Below, piece after piece: positions 1-8,042 of a DNA stretch of 11,969 bases. Source of the stretch: Calditrichia bacterium (GTDB lineage Bacteria; Calditrichota; Calditrichia; JAJRVZ01); assembly GCA_963777955.1 (NCBI GenBank), contig CAVZSQ010000004.1, forward strand, positions 1 through 11,969, written 5' to 3'. The notes beneath the pieces were generated by a model. The model was given only the letters and a program-made list of their open reading frames with translations, had not been told where the DNA came from and did not search any database. Position 1 is the stretch's first letter, and every line of letters begins with the position of its first letter. Both the position numbers and the translations under genes were made by a program.

Positions 1-4
1 CATT

Positions 5-49
5 AATCCACTGTTGTTATAATATAAATGACAGTGGATTTTTTATTTT
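5..49 (+). terminator. Probable intrinsic terminator of a gene upstream of the window
   Basis: Perfect 10-bp inverted repeat AATCCACTGT (5-14) / ACAGTGGATT (31-40), extendable inward with G-U pairs, followed by TTTTATTTT. Confidence 0.65.
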
Positions 50-792
50 AAAGTATCGTTAAAGTGACGGAATTTTTCTAAATAATATAAATTTTAAGCA
101 ATTTTTTATAGCGGGTAGAGGAATTGAGGTGTAAGACGATCGGCATCCTAATAATTGTGGAACAACGAATATGTTTACCCTCTTGTCGAATAAAGTTTAT
201 TTTTGAAGAGTTTTAAGATAGTTATTTAGATTTTATCTGATTTATATTTGACCTGAAACTCATACAATAGTACTTCAAAATAGGTTTGTTAATAGTTAAA
301 AATTTGTGAAGTTGAAAAAGTTTGTATTTAAAAAAGGGATCTCATAATTTTAAAAGAGGTTATTCCGAGAGATTTTTAAGATTTATGTTAGACCATGTAT
401 GGTAATAATAAAAAACATAATACAATCAATAAGGAAGCATGTATCTAATACTGTGAATTTTTATAACAAATACATATTTAATCTATAAATTTAATATTTT
501 TCTTATTCAAAATTATATCAAATACCTTCTAATATAAATCCTGAAATCTATTACCGGTTCGGATCAGAATTCAGAATTAAACGATGCATCTTGTGAGATA
601 AAGCACTATATTTTGAGTTAGATTTTAGTTTTTTATAATACTTCCCTCAATTGGTAAAATGGATATACATTTGAGATAATTCCTTAGAAAAATATACATG
701 AAAAAAATAAAATATTACTATTAGCACAGAAGTGCGAAATATCCGCCAATAGTAAAAAACAGGTACTTTGCCAAGTATAAGGAATAAAAAAT

Positions 793-2877
793 ATGTACTG
801 GAAATTCTTTATATCAATAACCGTGTTGTTATTTCCCATGCTCTGCGTTCAAGCACAATGGATTCAGATGAACGGACCATTCGGCGGCAATATCAGTGGC
901 TTCGATGTTATCGGCGAAAGATTGTTCGTCGGTACCTCTGGAGGTGTCTTTGTTTCTAGCGATAGTGGAACGAGTTGGAACGAGGCCAATGATGGCCTGT
1001 CGAAATGCATGATCCAGTCGCTGGTGGCCAGTGATGCCATACTGTTTGCCAATGCTGGTACTCGCGGTCTTTTCCGTTCCACCGATTTAGGCAGTAGCTG
1101 GAATATAGTCGCTGAGGGATTAACCAATTCCGATATTTATGTTTTTGTAGTGAAAGATACCATGATATTCGCTGGAACTGCGGGCGGTGGAATTTTCCGA
1201 TCCACCGATAGCGGTATACATTGGAGCGCCATGAATAATGGACTGTCAAAACTTACTGTCATGTCTCTGGCGATTAAGGATAATGATATTTGGGCCGGGA
1301 CGTTCGAGGGGGGACTTTTCCGTTCTACAAATAACGGGACAACCTGGAATTCAATTAACACTGCGATGACGAATACAACGGTAAGGACTATTCTGGTAAG
1401 CGATACCACCATCTATGCTGGCTCCGATCTTGGGATCTACGCTTCCACTGACAATGGAACCAGCTGGCATTTAGCTAATAACGGATTAAACGATTTATAT
1501 ATGCAGAGTTTCGCTAAACAAGGAAATACCATTTTTACGGCGAACTATGGCAGCGGGATTTTCTATTCAACCAATGAGGGCCAAGATTGGTATCCGGCAC
1601 ATAATGGACTGACCAACCTTTATGTAACTAAGTTATTTGTTTACGGTACCTCCCTCTATGCCGGGACAACCGGCGGAGTTTTTCGTTCTTTGGATCTGGG
1701 TGCAAATTGGCAGGAAATGAACACCGGAATTATTTCAAATTATATTAATGCTTTCGCAGAAAATAATTCAGATTTATTCGTAGGTACGGCAGGAAGCGGT
1801 GTCTTCTGTTCCGCGGATGATGGAACAACTTGGAATAGAATCAACGATGGCTTGAACACGAACACTTCGATTTGGTCGCTGGCGGCCGGGCATAATTACC
1901 TGTTCGCAGGAACGTATGGAGGGATTTTCCGCACGCCAATAAACGACATCGGCTGGGAAGATATCAATACAGGAATTCCCAGAGATCATGTGAATGCGGT
2001 AACAGTAAGCGATACCACGCTGGTTGCCTCCATATCCGGTAATGGGATCTATTATTCAAATAATTATGGTTTAAGTTGGAACAATGCCTATAATTTATTC
2101 GTTTTTTCGTTCGCCCGGAATGAGTCCTTTCTTTTCGCCGCAACCTTTGGCAGCGGTGTTTATCGATCTCCGAATGATGGCAGAACATGGAATTCCGGAG
2201 GGCCCGGCCTGTTGAACCCGATGATCAAGGCGGTAGCAGTGATGGATTCTTTCGTTTTTGCCGGCACGCTGGGCGACGGTGTTTTTCGATCGGTCAATAA
2301 CGGGATGAGCTGGGAATATGCCGGTTACGGTTTGAATAACTTTTACGTACACTCCCTGGCGGTCAGCGGTTCGATTATTTTTGCAGGCACCGAGGGGGGT
2401 GTCTTTTATTCACCTGACCAGGGGATGCACTGGTATGCTTCCAATAATGGTCTCGCCAATACCAATATACCGTCGCTGCATATTAAAAATGGCTATATTT
2501 ATGCCGGTACTGCCGGGTGCGGCATCTGGCGACAGTCCTTAGATGAAGCCACGCCTGTTGCCCATGCCGGTAACACCTTCCTCGGAGATTATATATTGAA
2601 ACAAAACTATCCCAATCCTTTTAACTCACAGACATCAATTGAATTCTCTATGCAGACACCTGGATATGTCACCATAAGAATCTATAATGTACTGGGGTGT
2701 GAAATCTGCACTTTGGTTTCGAAGTATTTCGGCAGCGGAAATCACAAAGTTTGCTGGGATGCTGTAGGATTTCCCAGCGGCATTTATTTTTACCAAATGA
2801 CAGTTACTTCTCCCGGTAAGCAGAACCATAAATCCGGGACCTATATAGAGACTAAAAATCTTATATTACTTAAATAA
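793..2877 (+). CDS. Secreted Asp-box/BNR-repeat beta-propeller protein (about 14 blades) with a T9SS type A C-terminal sorting domain
   Basis: 694-aa ORF with AAGGA at 779-783 before the ATG. Signal peptide MYWKFF...CVQA|QW. Twelve S-x-[DN]-x-G-x-x-W Asp-boxes plus one degenerate copy, in ~41-aa FAGTxGxGVFRS repeats. The C-terminus QNYPNPFN...SGIYFY...ETKNLILLK is a T9SS CTD signature. Confidence 0.9.
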   Translation: MYWKFFISITVLLFPMLCVQAQWIQMNGPFGGNISGFDVIGERLFVGTSGGVFVSSDSGTSWNEANDGLSKCMIQSLVASDAILFANAGTRGLFRSTDLGSSWNIVAEGLTNSDIYVFVVKDTMIFAGTAGGGIFRSTDSGIHWSAMNNGLSKLTVMSLAIKDNDIWAGTFEGGLFRSTNNGTTWNSINTAMTNTTVRTILVSDTTIYAGSDLGIYASTDNGTSWHLANNGLNDLYMQSFAKQGNTIFTANYGSGIFYSTNEGQDWYPAHNGLTNLYVTKLFVYGTSLYAGTTGGVFRSLDLGANWQEMNTGIISNYINAFAENNSDLFVGTAGSGVFCSADDGTTWNRINDGLNTNTSIWSLAAGHNYLFAGTYGGIFRTPINDIGWEDINTGIPRDHVNAVTVSDTTLVASISGNGIYYSNNYGLSWNNAYNLFVFSFARNESFLFAATFGSGVYRSPNDGRTWNSGGPGLLNPMIKAVAVMDSFVFAGTLGDGVFRSVNNGMSWEYAGYGLNNFYVHSLAVSGSIIFAGTEGGVFYSPDQGMHWYASNNGLANTNIPSLHIKNGYIYAGTAGCGIWRQSLDEATPVAHAGNTFLGDYILKQNYPNPFNSQTSIEFSMQTPGYVTIRIYNVLGCEICTLVSKYFGSGNHKVCWDAVGFPSGIYFYQMTVTSPGKQNHKSGTYIETKNLILLK

Positions 2878-2989
2878 CCGATGCTAAGACAGATACAGCA
2901 ATGAGATTTACCCAGTTTGCCGGATCAAATATTTAAAGCATTTTAGGGCAACTATTAGGATCGATTCATTACAAACAGGGTGGTTGATT

Positions 2990-5137
2990 ATGAAGAATTT
3001 TAAGCAAATGCTTTTAACTATAATTCTGTTTTTAAATATATCGAGTATTTGTTCGGCCCAAGATTTGTGCTGGGAACAAATAGGTGGACCGGGTGGTGAA
3101 CTAGCCATGACACTGGCCATCGATTCGGCGGGAACGATATTTACTGCAACAAATTCTTATGTTGCCAAATCTTCAGATCATGGGGTAACTTGGAGCAGGA
3201 TTACATCAGAGGATATTTATGATATTAATTCAATACTCATCCATCCGGACGGGAGAATTTTCCTGGGAACTGAATATGGTGTCGAAATATCCGAAGATGG
3301 AGGACAGACCTGGCAGCAGAAATATATCTCCTCCGGAGTTAAGGATATCGCCATTAATCAACAGGGCTTGCTTTTTGCTGTTACTGGTATGTACGGTGTT
3401 TATATTTCTGTAAATAACGGTCAGACCTGGTATGCACGAAACGATAGTCTGGCGGGGTCCTATTATAAGACGATCGCTGTACACCCGAACGGGACCTTAT
3501 TTGTGGGGTGTAAAGAGGGGATATACCGATCAACTAACGATGGCCTGACTTGGAGTCTGGTCAATAATGGACAGAAAATTACCTGGGTAATGGATATATC
3601 TATCGCTTCTGACAGTTCCATCCTGCTGGCGTCACTTTATGATGGAATGTTTCGCTCGACAGATAATGGTGACTCATGGAACTACTGCTGGGTTCAAGAT
3701 ATTCAGGGTTCTCTGGCGATTGCTGTGTCAAAGAATGGTGATATATATGCAAGTTCATATGGAGACACTGAATATGATCTTGAGAATCTTTACCGGGCAT
3801 ATATTATGAAATCTGTAGATAATGGAGTAACCTGGTCTTATACAGATTGGTGCAATTCAAGAGTATTGGATCTTATCACCGATGGTGACCAAAGGATATT
3901 TGCTGCATTTATGAAAGGTGTCAGTTACAGTAGCGATGGTGGCGAAAGTTGGACTGACAGGAATCCTGCCGGGCGTTTTCATTCTGTTAATGGTTTAGCT
4001 ATAGATTCGGCTGGAATCATGTATACAGCAGCCGACTTTTATGCTTATCCCGAACCTGCCGTTTACCGTTCTGCCGATAATGGAAAAACCTGGACAAGGA
4101 TATATTATAACGCCAAGTCAATTTATATGAGTGATTTTGCCATTGCGCGTACCGGTGATATGTTTTATGCAGCGGGTGACCTGAGTATTGAGGGAGAATA
4201 CGGTGGAATATACCGCAGCATTGACCACGGTCTATCATGGGAACGCGTGGTGGGCAGTGAACCAGTATTTTCCCTTTCGACAATGATCGATGGATCGTTA
4301 TTCGCTTGTCATGATGATGGTGTAGACAAATATAACGAGAGTACCAGGACTTGGGATTTTATGGGCATGGAACTGGCGATTTCAGTCGCTGATAAATCCA
4401 ATGGAATTATTTTTACCGGTGCAAATTCTTCCGATGGGATTATGTATCGGTATGTTGAGATAAATGGAAAATGGATAGGGGAACAGTGTATAAATGGATT
4501 ACCCGTAACGCCGATAATATCATTGCTGATCGACAGTCAAGGGGACGTAATTGCCGGTACAAATGAATACGGCATTTATCGAACTACCGATAATGGAGAT
4601 CACTGGCAAGCAACCTCCTTAAGCATAGGACAAGTGAGTGTACTTTATTTAATGTCAAATGGAGATTTATATTCCGGTGTTAATTATGAAGGCGTATACC
4701 GATCATTCGACAATGGGATAACCTGGATTAACATAAGTGAGGGACTACCCGTCGATAAATTCCGCTGCTTCGCACTTGACAACGATAGCAATCTTGTCGT
4801 TGGAACAGAAGAAAACGGTGTCTATAAATGCCTTTTACCTGTAGCAGTAGCTTCAAATGTGAATAATCTTCCCGCAAATATTTTCCTGGAGCAGAATTAT
4901 CCAAATCCATTCAATCCAAAAACCACAATACAATTCACAATTCCCAAATCCCAATTCGTTTCTATGGAAGTTTATAATTTACTTGGCCAAAAAGTGGCCA
5001 CGCTGAAAGATGAATATCTTAATGCTGGAATGCATACGGTAGAATGGAACGCTACGGGCCTTGCCAGCGGGGTGTATCTATATCGTCTGCAGGCGGGAAA
5101 TTATACGGAAACGAAAAAACTTATTCTGCTGAGATAG
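2990..5137 (+). CDS. Secreted Asp-box/BNR-repeat beta-propeller protein (about 14 blades) with a T9SS type A C-terminal sorting domain
   Basis: The ORF track starts at TTG 2984; ATG 2990 is preferred because it follows AGGGTGG at normal spacing and gives MKNFKQ...ICSA|QD as signal peptide. Eleven canonical Asp-boxes (e.g. KSSDHGVTW, RSTDNGDSW, RSFDNGITW) plus two degenerate ones. CTD: EQNYPNPFNP...SGVYLYRLQAGNYTETKKLILLR. Confidence 0.9.
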   Translation: MKNFKQMLLTIILFLNISSICSAQDLCWEQIGGPGGELAMTLAIDSAGTIFTATNSYVAKSSDHGVTWSRITSEDIYDINSILIHPDGRIFLGTEYGVEISEDGGQTWQQKYISSGVKDIAINQQGLLFAVTGMYGVYISVNNGQTWYARNDSLAGSYYKTIAVHPNGTLFVGCKEGIYRSTNDGLTWSLVNNGQKITWVMDISIASDSSILLASLYDGMFRSTDNGDSWNYCWVQDIQGSLAIAVSKNGDIYASSYGDTEYDLENLYRAYIMKSVDNGVTWSYTDWCNSRVLDLITDGDQRIFAAFMKGVSYSSDGGESWTDRNPAGRFHSVNGLAIDSAGIMYTAADFYAYPEPAVYRSADNGKTWTRIYYNAKSIYMSDFAIARTGDMFYAAGDLSIEGEYGGIYRSIDHGLSWERVVGSEPVFSLSTMIDGSLFACHDDGVDKYNESTRTWDFMGMELAISVADKSNGIIFTGANSSDGIMYRYVEINGKWIGEQCINGLPVTPIISLLIDSQGDVIAGTNEYGIYRTTDNGDHWQATSLSIGQVSVLYLMSNGDLYSGVNYEGVYRSFDNGITWINISEGLPVDKFRCFALDNDSNLVVGTEENGVYKCLLPVAVASNVNNLPANIFLEQNYPNPFNPKTTIQFTIPKSQFVSMEVYNLLGQKVATLKDEYLNAGMHTVEWNATGLASGVYLYRLQAGNYTETKKLILLR
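4930..4957 (+). repeat. Degenerate 7-nt tandem repeat inside the CTD coding sequence
   Basis: ACAATTC ACAATTC CCAAATC CCAATTC, encoding QFTIPKSQF. Confidence 0.55.
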
Positions 5138-5182
5138 GGAGATTGTAAATAATAAAAAAATATTCATTAATTCACTACTAAT

Positions 5183-5225
5183 TGCCCCCATTAGAGTAAT
5201 GATACTCTGATGGGGGTATTTTATT
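5183..5225 (+). terminator. Intrinsic terminator after the propeller gene pair
   Basis: 16-bp stem TGCCCCCATTAGAGTA / TACTCTGATGGGGGTA (two G-U pairs), 4-nt loop ATGA, followed by TTTTATT; about 45 nt after the stop at 5137. Confidence 0.8.
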
Positions 5226-5279
5226 AAGAATAAACAACATACCTGATCACTCATAAGTTCCGGCATTTCTGTTTCGGGG

Positions 5280-5326
5280 CAAATGTAACCATCATCAGAG
5301 TTCTGTGGGACCCCCATCCACCCCGC
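5280..5326 (+). repeat. Direct repeat copy 1, left flank of the kinase gene, with a tRNA-3'-end-like tail
   Basis: CAAATGTAACCATCATCAGAGTTCTGTGGGAC-CCCCATCCACCCCGC matches 8043-8074 plus 8121-8135 at 40/47 positions by manual alignment. Confidence 0.8.
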
Positions 5327-5332
5327 AAAATT

Positions 5333-5366
5333 AGAACCTCCTTCTAAGGAGGTTTTTTATTTATTT
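5333..5366. terminator. Probably bidirectional intrinsic terminator
   Basis: Stem AGAACCTCCT / AGGAGGTTTT with loop TCTA, followed by TTATTTATTT on + and preceded by AAAATT. It lies between convergent genes and could terminate the minus-strand kinase transcript. Confidence 0.75.
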
Positions 5367-5368
5367 AA

Positions 5369-5420
5369 GTTACGCAGGAAGTTGTCCGCCGACCTGTCGG
5401 GAAAGTCTCGTCCGGACCGC
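5369..5420 (+). pseudogene. Decayed 3' half of a tRNA-Asp(GTC), an att-site-like relic and not a functional tRNA
   Basis: GTTACGCAGGAAGTTG-[19 nt]-AGTCTCGTCCGGACCGC follows the recalled bacterial tRNA-Asp 3' half GTCACGCAGGAGGTCG-CGAGTTCG-AGTCTCGTCCGGACCGC(CA). There is no 5' half, and the T-arm is disrupted by a small hairpin. The comparison is to a remembered consensus, not a database search. Confidence 0.65.
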
Positions 5421-5477
5421 TGAGTTTTTCCTGTATCAATAATGAAATACAATTTTATAGATCATGTCCGATTCCTG

Positions 5478-7821
5478 TTATTTGTGTTCATCCAACGGCA
5501 GCCCCATGCGCCTGAGCAGGTCTTGAAAGCGCGGGTCACTGCGCAGGAGATCAAATTCATTACCGTGCACCCGCATCCAAGGTAGTGTGGACCAATGAGC
5601 CTCATAGCAAGATTCAAGCACTTGTACGGCTCGTTCTTTATCCCCAAGAGCCAGATAAGCCACGGCGGTGGAATTGGTTTTGTCCTCATTCATCTTTGAG
5701 GCGATCGCCAGCGCCTGTTCTCTTTGGCCAGCCTGTGCATAGGCGGTGACCAAAGACGGATTGCCCTTCAGCGGATTGATTCCGACAAGCCTTTTAGCCA
5801 CAGCGATGGCCTCCTCGTGCATTCCTTTTCTGGAATAGGCAATTCGCATTACTAGGTAGCTTGGCAAGAAGTCGGGGTTTAGCTCCAGAGTCTTTCTTGG
5901 CCTCTATGATCGCCTCCTCGTACCGGCCTGCATAGTTGTACAATTGCCCCAGCCACCCTGTGTGGAGCGCGCGAAGCGGATCAAGCTCGCGGGCAAGTTT
6001 ATGCTCCGCTATCGCTTCATCAAGACGGTCAAAGAGAGCCAAGTACCAGGCGTAGTGATAATGGGTCATGGCCAAACTGGGATTTAGTTCAAGGGAATGC
6101 TGAAAGAGTTCACCCGCTTTCTTCCAGTCCCATTCGTAATAAAGAGCTACTTCCGCGAGTGCACCCACGGCCTCGGCGGTATGAGGGTCAAGTTTCAGTG
6201 CTTGCTCTGCAGCCGCCCGGGCGCGCTGGTAGCAATCGATTTCATCTGCACCGCCGTGACCGATGGTAACGTATCCCTGAGCCAGCCCGATATATCCGAG
6301 CGGTTCCGCAGGGTTGATCTCAACGGCCTGGTGAAGATAGCGTAGGCCTTTTTCAAAGCTTTTCAGATTATTCTGGGACACATAGAACATTCCCATGAGA
6401 TAGGCTTCGTAGAGCTTGGGATCGATAGTTCGGGATGCGGTCTGCCCGGCCGGAAGCAGTTTGAAAGCCAATGCCTTGGCCACACTCTGGGAGACCTGTT
6501 CCTGTACCGCCAGAATCGCCGACAGGTCGCGTTCGTAAGTGTCGGACCAGATCTGCGTTTGATCGCTGACTTTAACCAGCTCGGCAGCAACCCGAATGCG
6601 ATTTGCTTCCTGCCGTATGCTTCCCTCCAAGAGATAGTTCACGCCCAGTTCCCGGCCGATCTGCTCAATAGGTGTTTCCGTTTTCTTGTACCGCATGACC
6701 GATGTACGGCCTATGACGCTCAAACCTTTAGGATGAAGGCGCCCAAGTTGGGTGATCAGTTCCTGGGTCAGACCATCACTGAGGAATTCCTGGTCAGAAT
6801 CGCCGGAGAGATTCGCAAACGGTAGTACCGCCAGCCGGATAGCGGGTTTAACCTGGCCTGTGCTTTCCAAGAACCATTCCCGCAATCTACCGGAATTTAT
6901 AACGATGATTAACGAGAGGATGATAAACAAAATGGCACTTATAGAATAAACGGGTTTCACCCTGCGAATCGTTCTCCATGATAACCGCTTGACCTTGAGC
7001 GGCTGCATCCCCGCAGCGACTGCTTCGAGGTCTTCCTGAAAGTCTCTTATCGATTGATAACGATGGTCGACCTTCTTGGCCAGAGCCTGGCTGACTATGC
7101 CTGATAACTCGGGTGTCGTACCGGGATGGACTTTATGTAAAGGTTCCGGGTCTTCATTGATAATCGCGTAGATTAATCCCAGTTCGTACTCGCTATGGAA
7201 TGGTTGCTGACCCGTGATCATCTCATACAGCACGACCCCCAACGACCAGATGTCGCTGCGGTAATCAATTTTAACTCCCTGGGTTTGTTCCGGCGACATG
7301 TATGCTACAGTACCTACGGTTGTTCCCGTTTTTGTAATAACCGATTTTCCGGTTAACTTAGCCAGACCGAAATCAAGAATTTTTATAATACCATCACCCG
7401 GTATCAAGATATTGGCCGGTTTGATATCACGGTGGATGATCCCTTTCTCATGCGCTTTGGTCAATCCTTCCGCTATCTGGATGGCAATATGTACTGCCTC
7501 TTCCTCAGTTAAAAGTCCATCACTGATCTTTTGCTTCAAGGTTACCCCATCATAAAAGTCCATGACGATGAATAATTGACCATCAGCTGTTTCCTCAATG
7601 TCGTGGATCGTGCAGATATTGTGATGTTGCAAAATCGAAGCCGCCTGGGCTTCATGAATAAACCGAGCCTTGGCCTCGGGATCGCGGGTCAGTTCCGGAG
7701 GCATAAACTTCAGGGCGACGGCTCGCTTAAGTTTGGTGTCTTCGGCTCTATAGACTACCCCCATACCCCCCGTACCGAGTTGTTCGAGTATTTTATAATG
7801 GGAAATAACTGTACCAATCAT
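5478..7821 (-). pseudogene. Hanks-type Ser/Thr protein kinase + transmembrane helix + TolB-like N-terminal domain + TPR repeats, split by a single-base frameshift near 5893-5895 (real lesion or sequencing error)
   Basis: ORF 5794..7821 has LGTGGMGVVY, VALK, HRDIKPAN, DFG, GTVAYMSPE and DIWSLG motifs, a hydrophobic helix SISAILFIILSLIIVI, RLAVLPFANLSGD...GLTQELITQL (TolB-like) and TPRs. The TPR pattern continues in the frame of ORF 5478..5867 (TLELNPDFLPSYLVMRIAY...LRSDPRFQDLLRRMGL). The joined product would be 780 aa. Confidence 0.85.
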
Positions 7822-7910
7822 TAATTTTACCTACTGATAATTAACTAATAATGCCCCATTGGTACAAGAATTCTGAAATCTATGGTGGATGTTAGATAAT
7901 AAGACGAGAT

Positions 7911-7939
7911 ATTTTAATCAACTTTAGCAGGTATTGCAA
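7911..7939 (-). promoter_or_regulatory. Candidate sigma70-type promoter of the kinase gene
   Basis: Minus strand TTGCAA (7939-7934) - 17 nt - TAAAAT (7916-7911), about 90 nt upstream of the ATG at 7821. Confidence 0.5.
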
Positions 7940-8042
7940 TATAATTGATTTGGTATGATAGCAGTAAAAAGGATATCGATATATAAGGTTAAGAATTGTA
8001 CCTGTGGTGTATCCTAATTCTACCTTTAATCTCAATGTGGTT

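Noticed and set aside
429..456. AAGGA followed by a 5-codon ORF (MYLIL) as a leader peptide
   Set aside because: The SD-to-ATG spacing is only about 3 nt, it is far from gene 1, and no attenuator structure is visible.
395..699. Five ATACAT/ATGTAT hexamers (395, 439, 470, 665, 694) as an operator array
   Set aside because: The motif was chosen after the fact in very AT-rich DNA, with irregular spacing and orientation; not distinguishable from chance by eye.
768..959. 63-aa + strand ORF overlapping the start of gene 1, and the other short alternative-frame ORFs inside the four genes
   Set aside because: They overlap well-supported genes, have no recognisable motifs and are expected shadow ORFs.
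1396..2018. Exact 14-nt repeat GTAAGCGATACCAC at 1396 and 2005
   Set aside because: Both copies encode VSDTT at equivalent blade positions; explained by the protein's internal repeats.
4889..5137. Gene 2 and gene 4 3' ends as a diversity-generating retroelement VR/TR pair
   Set aside because: Differences are not adenine-specific and are often synonymous, both copies are coding, and no reverse transcriptase is present.
5078..5317. 79-aa minus-strand ORF across the intergenic region
   Set aside because: It runs through a terminator hairpin and the direct repeat and overlaps the end of gene 2; no protein-like signal.
5478..5867. 129-aa ORF as an independent TPR gene
   Set aside because: The TTG start lies mid-TPR, and the frame is the natural continuation of the kinase gene across a 1-nt frameshift.
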